NCBI GenBank assembly: GCA_018303945.1
Contig: JAGVXD010000005.1
Span: 1 to 54,516 of the forward strand
Source: Candidatus Pacearchaeota archaeon
GTDB lineage: Archaea > Nanobdellota > Nanobdellia > Pacearchaeales > GW2011-AR1
Reading direction: 5' to 3'
Length of the DNA stretch: 54,516 nucleotides
This document shows, piece after piece, positions 27,975 to 38,260 of the stretch; positions within the stretch are counted from its first letter, which is position 1; each line of letters opens with the position of its first letter. The notes under the pieces were generated by a model. That model was given only the letters and a program-made list of their open reading frames with translations. It did not search any database and was not told where the DNA came from. Both the position numbers and the translations under genes were made by a program.

Positions 27975-28808
27975 TTAAAACCTTAATTTTGATAAGGGAA
28001 AATCTATTTCGTAATCCTTTCTATCTCTGTGACCAAAAGCACCAAATTCAATAGGGATACTTTTTGTTTTTGCGTAATCAAATATTTCATCTCTTGGAAT
28101 TTTGTCTCTTATAGAGCTACCTTTTTCAAAAGTTCTCCTCATATTTTCTACGTTCAAATCTTCATGAATATAGAGAATACTAGTGGTTTTTACTTTTTTT
28201 ATAAAACTAAATAACACTTTATGCAATTGTTCGTCTCGTTTACCCAAATATAATCCATGAAGTCCAGTCTCTTCTGCACCAAGAATTACGTTTCTTGGAT
28301 TTTGAGCATTATTCCTATCAGCAATATAATCTTCAATAGTATCATAACCTAAACTTTTTACAACCCCTAAAGCTCTTCTCATCTGGACTTGAATTTTATC
28401 AAGAGCTTTCCTTGATTTTTGTTCAGGAGTTTCATTATCAAACTTAATCATTAAATCTTCATTAGCAACCAAATCAACACCCAGTTTATGGGAGGTTGCA
28501 GAAATATATCTAGCGCCAACCATTTTTTCTAAATCAGGTATTGCTCCCCAGATATGCGGAGCAGCACCAGAAACTATTATAATTGTTCCACTTGTATGAT
28601 AAGTATGGGCTCCAACAAATTCTCTTATTTCATCCCAACTAGTTGTATCCCTAGAATAGGCTTCGGGTTTTGTAGTTGTTTTAAGTTCTTGATAAGCTAG
28701 TCTAAGTCTTTCATCAGTTAAATCAAACAAAGAGTTATCTAAATTAGAAAAACCTCCTTCTTGGAGTTCTCTTTCAAGTAAGCTTATATCTGATTGATTA
28801 ACTACCAT
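27975..28808 (-). CDS. hypothetical protein
   Basis: 277-aa ORF with upstream TTTAAATA box. Confidence 0.65.
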   Translation of the reverse strand: MVVNQSDISLLERELQEGGFSNLDNSLFDLTDERLRLAYQELKTTTKPEAYSRDTTSWDEIREFVGAHTYHTSGTIIIVSGAAPHIWGAIPDLEKMVGARYISATSHKLGVDLVANEDLMIKFDNETPEQKSRKALDKIQVQMRRALGVVKSLGYDTIEDYIADRNNAQNPRNVILGAEETGLHGLYLGKRDEQLHKVLFSFIKKVKTTSILYIHEDLNVENMRRTFEKGSSIRDKIPRDEIFDYAKTKSIPIEFGAFGHRDRKDYEIDFPLSKLRF

Positions 28809-28874
28809 ATTTAATGAGAGAAACAGGTATATTTAAACCTTACTATTATTAACTACTTTCTAGTTATAAATAAG

Positions 28875-28947
28875 TAGCCCCGCCAGGATTCGAACCTGGG
28901 TCCAGAGAGCCAGAGTCTCTGATGCTTGACCGCTACACTACGGAGCT
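28875..28947 (-). tRNA. tRNA-Gln(CTG)
   Basis: AGCTCCG/CGGGGCT acceptor, AGAGA-CTCTGGC-TCTCT anticodon arm, GGTTCGAATCC. Confidence 0.95.
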
Positions 28948-29041
28948 GTTAAATACGGATGATTTCAGGCGTTTTAAATACTTATCTTTTTAGTGAGCTG
29001 TAAAGTTAGCGACACCTAATAGTCAAGTTTTTAAGTTTTAT

Positions 29042-29470
29042 ATGTTAAGGTTTAACATGGATTTAAAGAAAATACCTAGAGGGGAAATAAATGGGGTTCC
29101 TATGATTACCAAATTCAAGGGTGTAATGATAGAACTGTTTAAAGGTTATCCAGGATTTCAATACTTTGGAATTTTTGAGTCTTATTTTGGAAAAGAACTC
29201 GGAGAAGAGATAGTTAGAATATTGCATCAAGATAAGTTGCTTGATATATTTCCAAAAAAAGAAAATGAGCCTACTCGATATCGTCTTACTGGTGAGGGAG
29301 TAAACATGGCGATTTCCATGATTAACTTAGATTATAGTGAAAAGATGCATAAATTCACTATTTGGATAATTATGCTAACCATTATTACTGCCATAGTGGG
29401 AATAATTCAAATATATCCATTTTTATTGAAATGCTTAGAATGGTTAATGTCGTATGGAATTAGAACTTAA
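29042..29470 (+). CDS. hypothetical membrane protein (transposon cargo)
   Basis: C-terminal TM; YRLTGEG suggests a winged-helix-like part. Confidence 0.6.
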   Translation: MLRFNMDLKKIPRGEINGVPMITKFKGVMIELFKGYPGFQYFGIFESYFGKELGEEIVRILHQDKLLDIFPKKENEPTRYRLTGEGVNMAISMINLDYSEKMHKFTIWIIMLTIITAIVGIIQIYPFLLKCLEWLMSYGIRT

Positions 29471-29531
29471 AATTTCGCTAAAGGTTCTTTAGTACTGATA
29501 GAATTAAATACTTCATGTGCCTGATTATTTC

Positions 29532-29690
29532 ATGAAAATAAGAGAAGTCCTTGATAAAAAAGTTGGAAATACTGAATATACTAGATATATAACAACATTG
29601 CCTAAAGATGTAGTCAAAGAGTCAAAACTTCTCGGAAAAGAGTTAAAAGCAAGAGTCGAAAAAGGAAAGATAATCCTAGAAGAAGTATAG
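29532..29690 (+). CDS. small AbrB-like protein (52 aa, not in ORF track)
   Basis: Y.RY.TTLPKDVV...GKEL...VEKGKIILE pattern. Confidence 0.7.
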   Translation: MKIREVLDKKVGNTEYTRYITTLPKDVVKESKLLGKELKARVEKGKIILEEV

Positions 29691-29740
29691 CTCTTTCATG
29701 TACCGAAAGGTTTATATACTTCATGTACCTGAATATAAGT

Positions 29741-30601
29741 ATGATAAAGTGTAAACATTGCTCAAGTTTAAACTTTTCTAAAAAAGGTTTTAGAAAAACA
29801 GAATATCGAGGGAAAATCCAAAAATATTATTGTAAAGATTGTCACAAATTATTTACAAATGATGACGGTTTTTACAGAATGAGAAATAAGCAAGAAATAA
29901 TTACAATGTCTATTGATATGTATATTTCTAATTTATCAAGCAGAAAAATGAGAAATCAATTAAGCAGACATTTAAACACAAAAATAAGCCATATGAGTAT
30001 TCTTGATTGGGTAAGGAGATATACCTTAAAAGTCAGCAAGTTTGTTGATAAATTAGGTTATAATATGGGAAATAGTTTCTATGCTGATGAAACTTTAATT
30101 GATTGTGAAGGAAGAGATGATAGATTTTGGTGTTGTATTGATTGGGATACAAGATTGATTACTGGAGTTCATTACAGTTTAGCAGGTAATCCAATAGAAG
30201 CACAAAAATTCTTGTTTAAATCAATACAGAAAGGAAAACCTAAATTTATTCAGACAGATGGCGGAGTTTTCTACCCTAAAGCATTTAGAAAACTCTTCTA
30301 TTCTAATAAAATTGGTGGATTAACAGTAGAGCATAAGATACAGAATGCAAGTGTTACAAAGATACATAATTATCGAATAGAAACCGTATTTATGAAACTT
30401 AAAGATAGAGTAGATGACTTTAGAGGACTAAAAGCGTTATGGTCTGCCCCTATTCTAATGAATGCTTTGATTATTCAACATAACTTCATAGAAGCCCATA
30501 CAACATTAGAAGATGTGCCTTGTGAAAGAGCAGGGGCAAATCTCAATCTTGGAGATAATCGGTGGTTAGACTTAATTAAATTGAGTAGTCTAAATAATTA
30601 A
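29741..30601 (+). CDS. DDE transposase (IS6/IS240-like core with N-terminal zinc ribbon)
   Basis: CKHC...CKDC, ADET, QTDG, RIE; start taken at MIKCKHC. Confidence 0.88.
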   Translation: MIKCKHCSSLNFSKKGFRKTEYRGKIQKYYCKDCHKLFTNDDGFYRMRNKQEIITMSIDMYISNLSSRKMRNQLSRHLNTKISHMSILDWVRRYTLKVSKFVDKLGYNMGNSFYADETLIDCEGRDDRFWCCIDWDTRLITGVHYSLAGNPIEAQKFLFKSIQKGKPKFIQTDGGVFYPKAFRKLFYSNKIGGLTVEHKIQNASVTKIHNYRIETVFMKLKDRVDDFRGLKALWSAPILMNALIIQHNFIEAHTTLEDVPCERAGANLNLGDNRWLDLIKLSSLNN

Positions 30602-30605
30602 AAAG

Positions 30606-31850
30606 ATGATAAAACATTATCTTATTATGGAAAAAGAGCAAGAAGGATTTATTAATTGGGATTTTAGAGAAGCAGATACTAAACAGTTTACTCATGGAAT
30701 ACATACCTACCCTGCTATGATGATACCCCAAATAGCTAGAAGGTTAATCTATCTTTATGGTAAGGATGCTAAAACGTTATTAGATCCCTTTATGGGTTCT
30801 GGCACTTCTCTAGTTGAAGCATCTTTAACAAATCAAATAAAAGAAGCTTATGGTTTTGATTTAAACCCCTTAGCATTCTTAATATCAAAAGTCAAAACAA
30901 CTCCCTTGAATATTGAAAATTTAGACAAAGAATTATCAAATATAATAAAATCAAAAAATTATAAAGAACTTCCAAAATTCAAGAATATAGAATTTTGGTT
31001 TAAACCCAAAGTTATTGAACAACTGGCAATAATAAAGACAGCAATAAATAAAATAAATGATAAAGGTATTAAAGACTTCTTTTTAGTTTGTTTTTCTGAA
31101 ACAGTTAGAAACGTATCTAACACTAGAAATGGAGAGTTTAAACTTTATAGAATGTCTGATAAAGATTTGATAAAGCATAATCCATATGTTATTTCTGAAT
31201 TTGAAAGAATCGCTTTAAAGAATATGAAGGGAATGAAAGAATATGTAAAGGCTAGACAAAAGACGAAAACAATACCACAAAATTATAGCTCTATGGAAGA
31301 ATTACCTTTAAGTCCAGAGAGCATAGATTTAATCGTAACATCTCCGCCATATGGAGATAGTAAAACAACAGTTGCTTATGGTCAATTTTCAAGACTAGCT
31401 TTACAATGGTTAGATTATGAAGATGTAGCAAGTTTAGATAATAGACTCTTAGGCGGTAAAGCCAGCAAAGAATTGGAAATTAAAATTAATTCCTCAACTT
31501 TAAAAGAGATTATTAAAAGAATAGCTGAAATAGATGGTAAAAGAGCAAAAGAGGTTTTAAGCTTCTATGAAGATTTTGATAAGTGCGTTATTCAATTAGA
31601 TAGAGTAATGACTAAAAATGGTTTTGTTTGTTTTGTTGTTGGCAATAGAACAGTTAAAGGTATTAACATACCTACGGATAAGATAATGACTGAAATGTTT
31701 AAAGCAAGAGGTAATTATAAATATATGACTACTCATCTAAGAGCAATACCTAATAAAAGAATGCCTAGTTTAAATTCTCCTTCAAACAAAGCAGGAGAAA
31801 AAGTAACTACCATGTGTAACGAGTTTATTTTTGTTCTTCAAAAAATCTAA
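30606..31850 (+). CDS. DNA methyltransferase, N4-cytosine type (M.MvaI-like)
   Basis: THGIHTYPA, LDPFMGSGT, VTSPPY. Confidence 0.9.
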   Translation: MIKHYLIMEKEQEGFINWDFREADTKQFTHGIHTYPAMMIPQIARRLIYLYGKDAKTLLDPFMGSGTSLVEASLTNQIKEAYGFDLNPLAFLISKVKTTPLNIENLDKELSNIIKSKNYKELPKFKNIEFWFKPKVIEQLAIIKTAINKINDKGIKDFFLVCFSETVRNVSNTRNGEFKLYRMSDKDLIKHNPYVISEFERIALKNMKGMKEYVKARQKTKTIPQNYSSMEELPLSPESIDLIVTSPPYGDSKTTVAYGQFSRLALQWLDYEDVASLDNRLLGGKASKELEIKINSSTLKEIIKRIAEIDGKRAKEVLSFYEDFDKCVIQLDRVMTKNGFVCFVVGNRTVKGINIPTDKIMTEMFKARGNYKYMTTHLRAIPNKRMPSLNSPSNKAGEKVTTMCNEFIFVLQKI

Positions 31851-32566
31851 ATGAGATTTATTTCCTTTTGATATAAATCAGATAAATTCTTTCTTGCTGT
31901 TCTAAAACCAGAACCATGGTCTCTAATAGCGGTATCTGATTTAAGATGGAGCCTAAATTCCCAAACTATTCTACCATCCTTTATCATTTTCTTAAACTCT
32001 TGTGGCTTAAATCCAGAAAGATAAAGTGCTTCTTTATAATGAAAATATTCATTATCTCCTTTTTTCTTAACATCTGCCAAGACCAATAATATATTTTCTC
32101 CAAGTTTTGCTCTTATAATACTCATCAATTTTCCATAGTCAAAAAAACAAACCTCTCCTAATTTGTGATGGATTATTGCTATTCTTTTTCTAAATACGCC
32201 TCTTATTTCTAGCTTGTAACCTTTGGGATTATATCCTCTTGTAGACAAAATTATCTTTAATGCTTGTCTACCTTTTTTATCTATATATCCCGTCTTTCTT
32301 ATCACTTCAAACTTATTCATTTTCCAAGTCGGCTCTTTTGTAGAAAGAGTTATGGGAGTTTCTGCCTCAATTCTCTGAGCTTTTAATTCAATTAGTGTTT
32401 TTCCAATAGTGAAGTCATGCTCTGGAAGATTATTTTCACTTATATTCATTTCATCTTCTAAGGTTTTACCTATTCCAGTATTATTTGACCTGTGGCTTTT
32501 GATAAATCCTTTTTCTGATATTTCTTTAAGCTTTTGCTTTAATCCTTCTAAACTTGCAAAATCCAT
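31847..32566 (-). CDS. MvaI/BcnI-family restriction endonuclease
   Basis: TGIGKTLE...ENN..HD...ELKAQR, ITL, RDHGSGFR; convergent with the MTase. Confidence 0.85.
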   Translation of the reverse strand: MDFASLEGLKQKLKEISEKGFIKSHRSNNTGIGKTLEDEMNISENNLPEHDFTIGKTLIELKAQRIEAETPITLSTKEPTWKMNKFEVIRKTGYIDKKGRQALKIILSTRGYNPKGYKLEIRGVFRKRIAIIHHKLGEVCFFDYGKLMSIIRAKLGENILLVLADVKKKGDNEYFHYKEALYLSGFKPQEFKKMIKDGRIVWEFRLHLKSDTAIRDHGSGFRTARKNLSDLYQKEINLI

Positions 32567-32668
32567 ACATTTTAGAGAGAATAATCACTTAAATAGGTGT
32601 CGCTAACTTTACAGCTCACTTTTTAGAGAGAAAAGATTTTTATATGTGTCTGGACTCAAATATAAGAG

Positions 32669-32971
32669 GTGAAAATGATAAACTGGTATATTATTGGGGC
32701 TTTGGTGGTGTTGGCTTTAATACTGCTAAAATTTAAGGAGATTAGGCATCAATTAGGCATATTCATAGGGCTTGGAATATTGGTATTCTTAGTAATTTCT
32801 TTTGGGACTCTCTCGGCTAGCAATGATTTAGATTTAACCAGTTTTGATGGAGTAGTGTCAGCAAGCAAACTATATATTGTTTGGCTGGGCAATTTGTTTA
32901 CTAATGTAAAGGGCATCTCTACATACGTTGTTAATCAGCCGTGGGGCATAAACGAGAGCATAGGCAAGTAG
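32669..32971 (+). CDS. small membrane protein
   Basis: hydrophobic segments. Confidence 0.7.
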   Translation: MKMINWYIIGALVVLALILLKFKEIRHQLGIFIGLGILVFLVISFGTLSASNDLDLTSFDGVVSASKLYIVWLGNLFTNVKGISTYVVNQPWGINESIGK

Positions 32972-32975
32972 AAAG

Positions 32976-33194
32976 ATGATTCGCATAGGCACTACTATAT
33001 TAATTTTCTTATTAATCGGGGCTTTTTTAATAATAAGCAATAATAATCTGCATATCTCTCAATCGGAAGGGAGAGTGATTTTTGCCAGAAGTTATTACAA
33101 TTGGATTTTTGGTTTGTTTGGAAATGTAAAGAGCCTGACAGGCTACTTTGTTTCAACTGAATGGCTCCCAGATTTTAATTCCAGTAAGCCATAA
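32976..33194 (+). CDS. small membrane protein
   Basis: hydrophobic N-terminus; LFxNVK C-terminal similarity to the upstream gene. Confidence 0.65.
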   Translation: MIRIGTTILIFLLIGAFLIISNNNLHISQSEGRVIFARSYYNWIFGLFGNVKSLTGYFVSTEWLPDFNSSKP

Positions 33195-33240
33195 GTTTGA
33201 AGCGGTATATTTTTATACACATATACAGATATTTTCATGT

Positions 33241-33441
33241 GCCTCTATAGCTCAGTTGGTTAGAGCGCGACATTGGTATAGCGTGGAACATAAATAAATG
33301 AGCGAAATCGTTTATGTTCCCCGAATATACTAACAGACAAACTGCTCAATTATTTGAATCTGTTAGTATAAAATCAAGAACTTAGATTTTCTAAGAAATC
33401 CAAATATGTCGAGGTCCCGCGTTCAAGTCGCGGTAGAGGCT
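33241..33441 (+). tRNA. tRNA-Thr(GGT) with 127-nt intron (33279-33405)
   Basis: GCCTCTA/TAGAGGC acceptor, CGACA/TGTCG stem, GGT at 33275-33277, TTGG/CCAA central BHB helix. Confidence 0.92.
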
Positions 33442-33620
33442 TTAACCTAGAGATTTAGGACGCATACTTTCTAGTCGTTGTGAATAGAGTAGATAAACTT
33501 AGGGATATAGAGAACTACGTACAAATATGTAATCTAGCCTGCGCAGTTCTCTGTCTGGATAACTGCCCTTCCGTGAGCTATAAGTATGTAGTTACCCATA
33601 ATTCTTAGTAAGAGATTTTA

Positions 33621-34034
33621 TTACAAATAAGGTCTTATTTCTTGAAGGGCCTGCTCAACTGCTCTTTGTTTTATAATAGATGAATAATTTTTAAATTTAT
33701 CAAGTGATTCTTTTAAAATTGCCTCATTTTCAGGGTGTGCTTTTCCACGATTTCCTTTTCCATACTCTTGAACTCTGCCTTCTTTTGTGATAATTTTTAA
33801 TTTATTAACATATTCCCCGCTATTCCAAGTTGTCACCTCATAATATAATTTTGTTTTATCTATTTTCTCAATATCTAATTCACACTTTGTTTCATATAAA
33901 AAGTGAGTTTCAGAATATTTTACTCTTTCGTCTCCAATAGTTCCTTCATACGTTTTAGTACTACCATGGCATCCTAATAACAGAGTTGCAAGACTACTAA
34001 ACAGAGCCGGTTTTATTTTTTTAGCTATATTCAT
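33621..34034 (-). CDS. hypothetical lipoprotein-like protein
   Basis: LLLGC lipobox-like signal. Confidence 0.6.
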   Translation of the reverse strand: MNIAKKIKPALFSSLATLLLGCHGSTKTYEGTIGDERVKYSETHFLYETKCELDIEKIDKTKLYYEVTTWNSGEYVNKLKIITKEGRVQEYGKGNRGKAHPENEAILKESLDKFKNYSSIIKQRAVEQALQEIRPYL

Positions 34035-34219
34035 AAAAGAAAAAATAATTCAAGATATATAAACTTTTCTATTAGTTACTATAATAAAGTGTTTACAAGA
34101 CTAATCACTCTCTTCTTTTCTAAACTATGACTTAATTATAGTCCGGTATAACTGTTCAATTTGCTATGTCTTTCACTATACATACTTAATTTTATTAAGG
34201 CTAAAGTATGTGTCTTTTT

Positions 34220-34996
34220 ATGAACGAGTTTTTATCAATGTTGATTTTGGCGGTTGTACAGGGCATTGCTGAATGGGTGCCAATTTCCAGTTCAGGGCAT
34301 TTAGTTCTTGTTTCCAAACTTATAGGATATGAGCTAACTTTGCCTTTTATTTTAGCTTTGCATTTTGGAACTCTTATGGCTGTTTTTGTTTATTTTGGCA
34401 GGGAGATTACCGATATTATAAGAGATTTATTTAGATTAGACTTTAAGAGTGAGAACGGGAGGATGGGACTGCTTTTGATTATTGCCACAATACCTGCAGG
34501 AATAGCAGGATTTTTGCTGCGTGGTTTTCTTGAGCAAAATGTTGAAAACCTTGGGCTTTTAAACGTAGGATTGGCTATAACGGGGATTGTTTTACTTATT
34601 GGTAGCTTGGATATTGTAAAGAAGGGAAGAAAATTAACTCCATGGGGTGCTTTGATTATAGGATGTGTGCAAATTCTATCTTTATTCAGAGGGATATCAA
34701 GAAGCGGCACTACGATAAGCAACGGATTGCTTCTTGGATTAAACGAAAAACAGGCAGTCACTTTCTCGTTTTTGCTTTCAATTCCAGTGGTATTTGGGGC
34801 GAATGTTCTTCTATTAGGCAATAAGACTATTCCTCCAGAGTTCTTTTTGGCTTCACTTGTTTCTTTCATTATAGGAATAGCTACAATACATATAATGTTT
34901 AAGCTTATATTAAGCGATAAGAAGAATCTGCGATGGGTTGCATTGTATGTGCTTCTTGTTGCTCTTTCTTTAGGGATTTATTTGCTTTTTAGATAA
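34220..34996 (+). CDS. uppP: undecaprenyl-diphosphate phosphatase (BacA/UppP)
   Basis: QGIAEWVPISSSGH, HFGT, GISRSGTT, FSFLLSIP. Confidence 0.93.
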   Translation: MNEFLSMLILAVVQGIAEWVPISSSGHLVLVSKLIGYELTLPFILALHFGTLMAVFVYFGREITDIIRDLFRLDFKSENGRMGLLLIIATIPAGIAGFLLRGFLEQNVENLGLLNVGLAITGIVLLIGSLDIVKKGRKLTPWGALIIGCVQILSLFRGISRSGTTISNGLLLGLNEKQAVTFSFLLSIPVVFGANVLLLGNKTIPPEFFLASLVSFIIGIATIHIMFKLILSDKKNLRWVALYVLLVALSLGIYLLFR

Positions 34997-35017
34997 AGAT
35001 AAAGGGCTTGTTCCTCA

Positions 35018-35416
35018 ATGGATATTGTCTCTTTATATAGGGTGTGGGACGAGAGAGAAAGATATAACTGGTGCCACATATCTAGTGAGTATGAGTCTAG
35101 TCAAGGCAATGTAGTGTTATGCATAACTCCTCTAAGAAAATTGTTCGAGATTTCTATTTTTGGTATAAGTGATATGTATCTTGTACTGGCGGCAAATGCA
35201 GCAGAAATTCCATATAAGGATTTTGGTTTTTCTTATAGTAGAAAACCTGCCTTTGAATTCAATAGATTATTTCCACCTATTACAAATGAAGCTACTCCAA
35301 GAGGATATAAACAGTTATTTAGAGATTATCAGGAGAGACGATGGCTCAAACAAAGAAAAAAACTTCATCCTGACACTCTTTCTTACAATCGAAATAGGGC
35401 AATGAATTTTATCTAA
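35018..35416 (+). CDS. hypothetical protein
   Basis: 132-aa ORF, no motif. Confidence 0.4.
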   Translation: MDIVSLYRVWDERERYNWCHISSEYESSQGNVVLCITPLRKLFEISIFGISDMYLVLAANAAEIPYKDFGFSYSRKPAFEFNRLFPPITNEATPRGYKQLFRDYQERRWLKQRKKLHPDTLSYNRNRAMNFI

Positions 35417-35640
35417 CAGGCTTTTTCTTCTTATGAAGTAGAAGATACGGCTAAAAGAGTTTTAGGCGTTGATACATTTTATAGAGAAAGGAATTATATA
35501 TCAAGAAGATTCAAGAAGATTATTGCAATAAGCATATATCTAACTTTTATACGTTGTATGCCGGGAGACTACGCGGCTAATTATATTGCACTTTCTTTCA
35601 AATAAAGATATATGCAATTTAACTGCATTACCCATTATTC

Positions 35641-38223
35641 ATGCGATTATCTTATTTTGTCTTCATAAGCCTCGTCTTCTGCATTATATTCAGCCAGAGC
35701 ATTTATAGTACGCAAGATATTAATCAGAAAAATGTTATAAAATTGGTTCCCAAAGAAAATATGAATACTTCTTCTTTAATTCATTTAAATCCTGAAACCA
35801 AGTCTCGTGAAAAGAGTATAGCATCAGATGGAAGAGTACCCAAAAGAGGAGATATTAAAAATATTTCTGCAATAAATTCAATCATTCTCAAAAATGCAAG
35901 CAGTCAGGAAAATTTAGGAAAACGCACTGAAGAAAGGCCAAATAGTTCTCCAAATAATCCTGATTTACCGTCAGGTATTGTAGCAAGATACTCATTTGAG
36001 AATAATTTCAGAGACTCGTCAGGATACGATTTTCATGCTCATCCAGAGGGAAATCCGGAATTAATTGAGGTTACTCGTTTTAATCATGCGGCTAAATTTG
36101 ATGGGAGTGATGACTTTTTGGAAATACCTCTGGTATTGAACAAGGCAAGAGATGTCACTTTGTCTGCATGGGTAAACATAAGTTCTGAAGATGAGCGAGG
36201 AGCTGTATTAAAAATAGGAACTTTAACTGGATATGGTTTGGGTGTAGGAAATTCTACTGTAGACAGCAAAGGAAATAATCTTGTTGGATTATATGAATGG
36301 AAAGATTGGCTGCCAAGCAATACAGGGATAGGCACTGGATGGCATCATTTGCTTTTAACTATAGACAAGAATGGAGTGCCGAGCTTTTACATAGATGGAA
36401 CTTTTATAGGGCCCGAAGATGAATTCTATTCAGATCCTGAAGCACCCAAGGAAAAAGGATTTATTGGGGGCTACTCTGTATCAGGATACAATAGGTATTT
36501 TAAAGGAGCTATAGATGAGGTAATAGTTTATAACAGGACTCTAAATGATGAGGAAGTTAAAAAAGCATACATTTCTCAAAAATCTCTATTTAATTCAGCT
36601 CTTGTTGAAAGCGCCCCAAGTACTCCTACAAATTTAAAAGCCGTTGCTTTTTCTCCTTACAAGGTAGTTGTATCGTGGAGAGATACTTCAGTTAACGAGG
36701 AGTATTTTGCAGTTGAGCGTTCCAAAGGAAACAGCAATGATTTTGTTAAGATTGCCATAACATCCAGAAATGAACCTTACTATACGGATGAAAAACTTGA
36801 GTCTGGAGTTAAGTATTATTACAGGGTGAGAGCATTTAAGGGGAGTCTTAGCTCTTCTTATTCAAATATGGGTGAAGTGACAACTTCAATTCTTAATTAC
36901 ATCTCATTAGAGAACAATGATGATTACGTCATGATACCAGATAGTCAAAATATTGAGCCAAAGTCAGGTATTACTTGGAATTTATGGGTAAAGCAATCAT
37001 CTTATTCTGATAAATCAGCTTTATTGAGCAAATATGAGCCATTATCAGGCAGGCGCTCTTATTTAATAAGAGTCTCTCTTAATGACAGCATATCGATAGT
37101 TGTTTCCGGAGATGGAAACCAGGCCATATCTTATACTTCAAATTCTGCCAGAAAATGCGGCATTCGTAATAATGATGAGTGGACAATGATAACTTTAACA
37201 TACAATGGCTCTCTTATAAGATATTATAGAAACGGAGTTTATTGCGATAGTGACAGAACTACAGTATCAGTGATATACGACTCTTCCAATGAACTGCGTT
37301 TTGGAGGAGGAACAGACAGCAATTTCAATGGCTCTCTTGATGAACTTAGAATATATAACGATGCTCTAACTACTTATCAAATACAGAGGATTTACAATGA
37401 GAGTTTTCATGGGAGCAGTTTAGGTATTTCTATTCCTGTTCTTATGTATCATCAAATAAGACATAATGCAACCGCTTTGGATAGAGTTACTCCGACATCT
37501 TTTTCTCAACAAATGGATTTCCTCCATAAAAATGGCTTCAGCACAATCACTCTAAATGATTATGATCAATGGAGAAGAGGGAGAAAAGAAATACCGATGA
37601 GACCGGTGATTATAACATTTGATGATGGTTGGAGGTCAGTCTATGAAGAAGCTCTTCCAGTCATGAAGAAATATGGGTTTAAAGGAACAGAAAACATAAT
37701 TATTGCTTATATGAACAGAAGCAAAGGGGGAGATAGCTACATGCATGAGGATATGTTGCACGAGCTTAGAAGAGAGGGATGGGATTTACAGTCTCATGGA
37801 TTAACTCATGTTGATATGCTTCAATTTAATGAAGAGAGATTTACTGATCAACTTAGAGAGTCAAAAACAGTTCTTCGGGAAACTTTTAATATTAGCGTTT
37901 TTTCTTTTATTTTTCCGTTTCATAGTGCAGACTCAAGATATGCTTCCTTATGTGGCAGGTATTACAGAATGTGCTGGACTCGCGCTGAATCAGTAAACAG
38001 TCCGCAATATGTATTCCAATCTACAAACGGGACTGCTTATCAGGGATTAAGAAGAATTTCTATAACAAACAATACTGATTTGGAGGAATTTTCAGAGATA
38101 TTCGCAAAGGACATGGTTATCAGTTCTGACTGGAAGTTTGATGAAGGGCAGGGAACGAGCAGCAGCGATAGCTTACAAGGAATAACAGCAACATTAATTA
38201 ATGGTGTTGTTTGGGGAAGATAG
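35641..38223 (+). CDS. secreted LamG-FN3-LamG-polysaccharide deacetylase protein
   Basis: signal peptide; FKGAIDEVIVYNR and FNGSLDELRIYN LamG motifs; APSTPTNL..YYYRVRA FN3; PVLMYH, ITFDDG, QSHGLTH NodB motifs. Confidence 0.88.
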   Translation: MRLSYFVFISLVFCIIFSQSIYSTQDINQKNVIKLVPKENMNTSSLIHLNPETKSREKSIASDGRVPKRGDIKNISAINSIILKNASSQENLGKRTEERPNSSPNNPDLPSGIVARYSFENNFRDSSGYDFHAHPEGNPELIEVTRFNHAAKFDGSDDFLEIPLVLNKARDVTLSAWVNISSEDERGAVLKIGTLTGYGLGVGNSTVDSKGNNLVGLYEWKDWLPSNTGIGTGWHHLLLTIDKNGVPSFYIDGTFIGPEDEFYSDPEAPKEKGFIGGYSVSGYNRYFKGAIDEVIVYNRTLNDEEVKKAYISQKSLFNSALVESAPSTPTNLKAVAFSPYKVVVSWRDTSVNEEYFAVERSKGNSNDFVKIAITSRNEPYYTDEKLESGVKYYYRVRAFKGSLSSSYSNMGEVTTSILNYISLENNDDYVMIPDSQNIEPKSGITWNLWVKQSSYSDKSALLSKYEPLSGRRSYLIRVSLNDSISIVVSGDGNQAISYTSNSARKCGIRNNDEWTMITLTYNGSLIRYYRNGVYCDSDRTTVSVIYDSSNELRFGGGTDSNFNGSLDELRIYNDALTTYQIQRIYNESFHGSSLGISIPVLMYHQIRHNATALDRVTPTSFSQQMDFLHKNGFSTITLNDYDQWRRGRKEIPMRPVIITFDDGWRSVYEEALPVMKKYGFKGTENIIIAYMNRSKGGDSYMHEDMLHELRREGWDLQSHGLTHVDMLQFNEERFTDQLRESKTVLRETFNISVFSFIFPFHSADSRYASLCGRYYRMCWTRAESVNSPQYVFQSTNGTAYQGLRRISITNNTDLEEFSEIFAKDMVISSDWKFDEGQGTSSSDSLQGITATLINGVVWGR

Positions 38224-38260
38224 AATAAATTTATATTTTTACTAATCCTTTATTTATTCT

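Larger units (their letters stand above)
28994..32618. mobile_element. unit transposon with restriction-modification cargo
   Basis: perfect 25-bp TIRs TGAGCTGTAAAGTTAGCGACACCTA (28994-29018 and 32594-32618); 8-bp TSD CTTTTTAG (28986-28993, 32619-32626). Confidence 0.93.
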
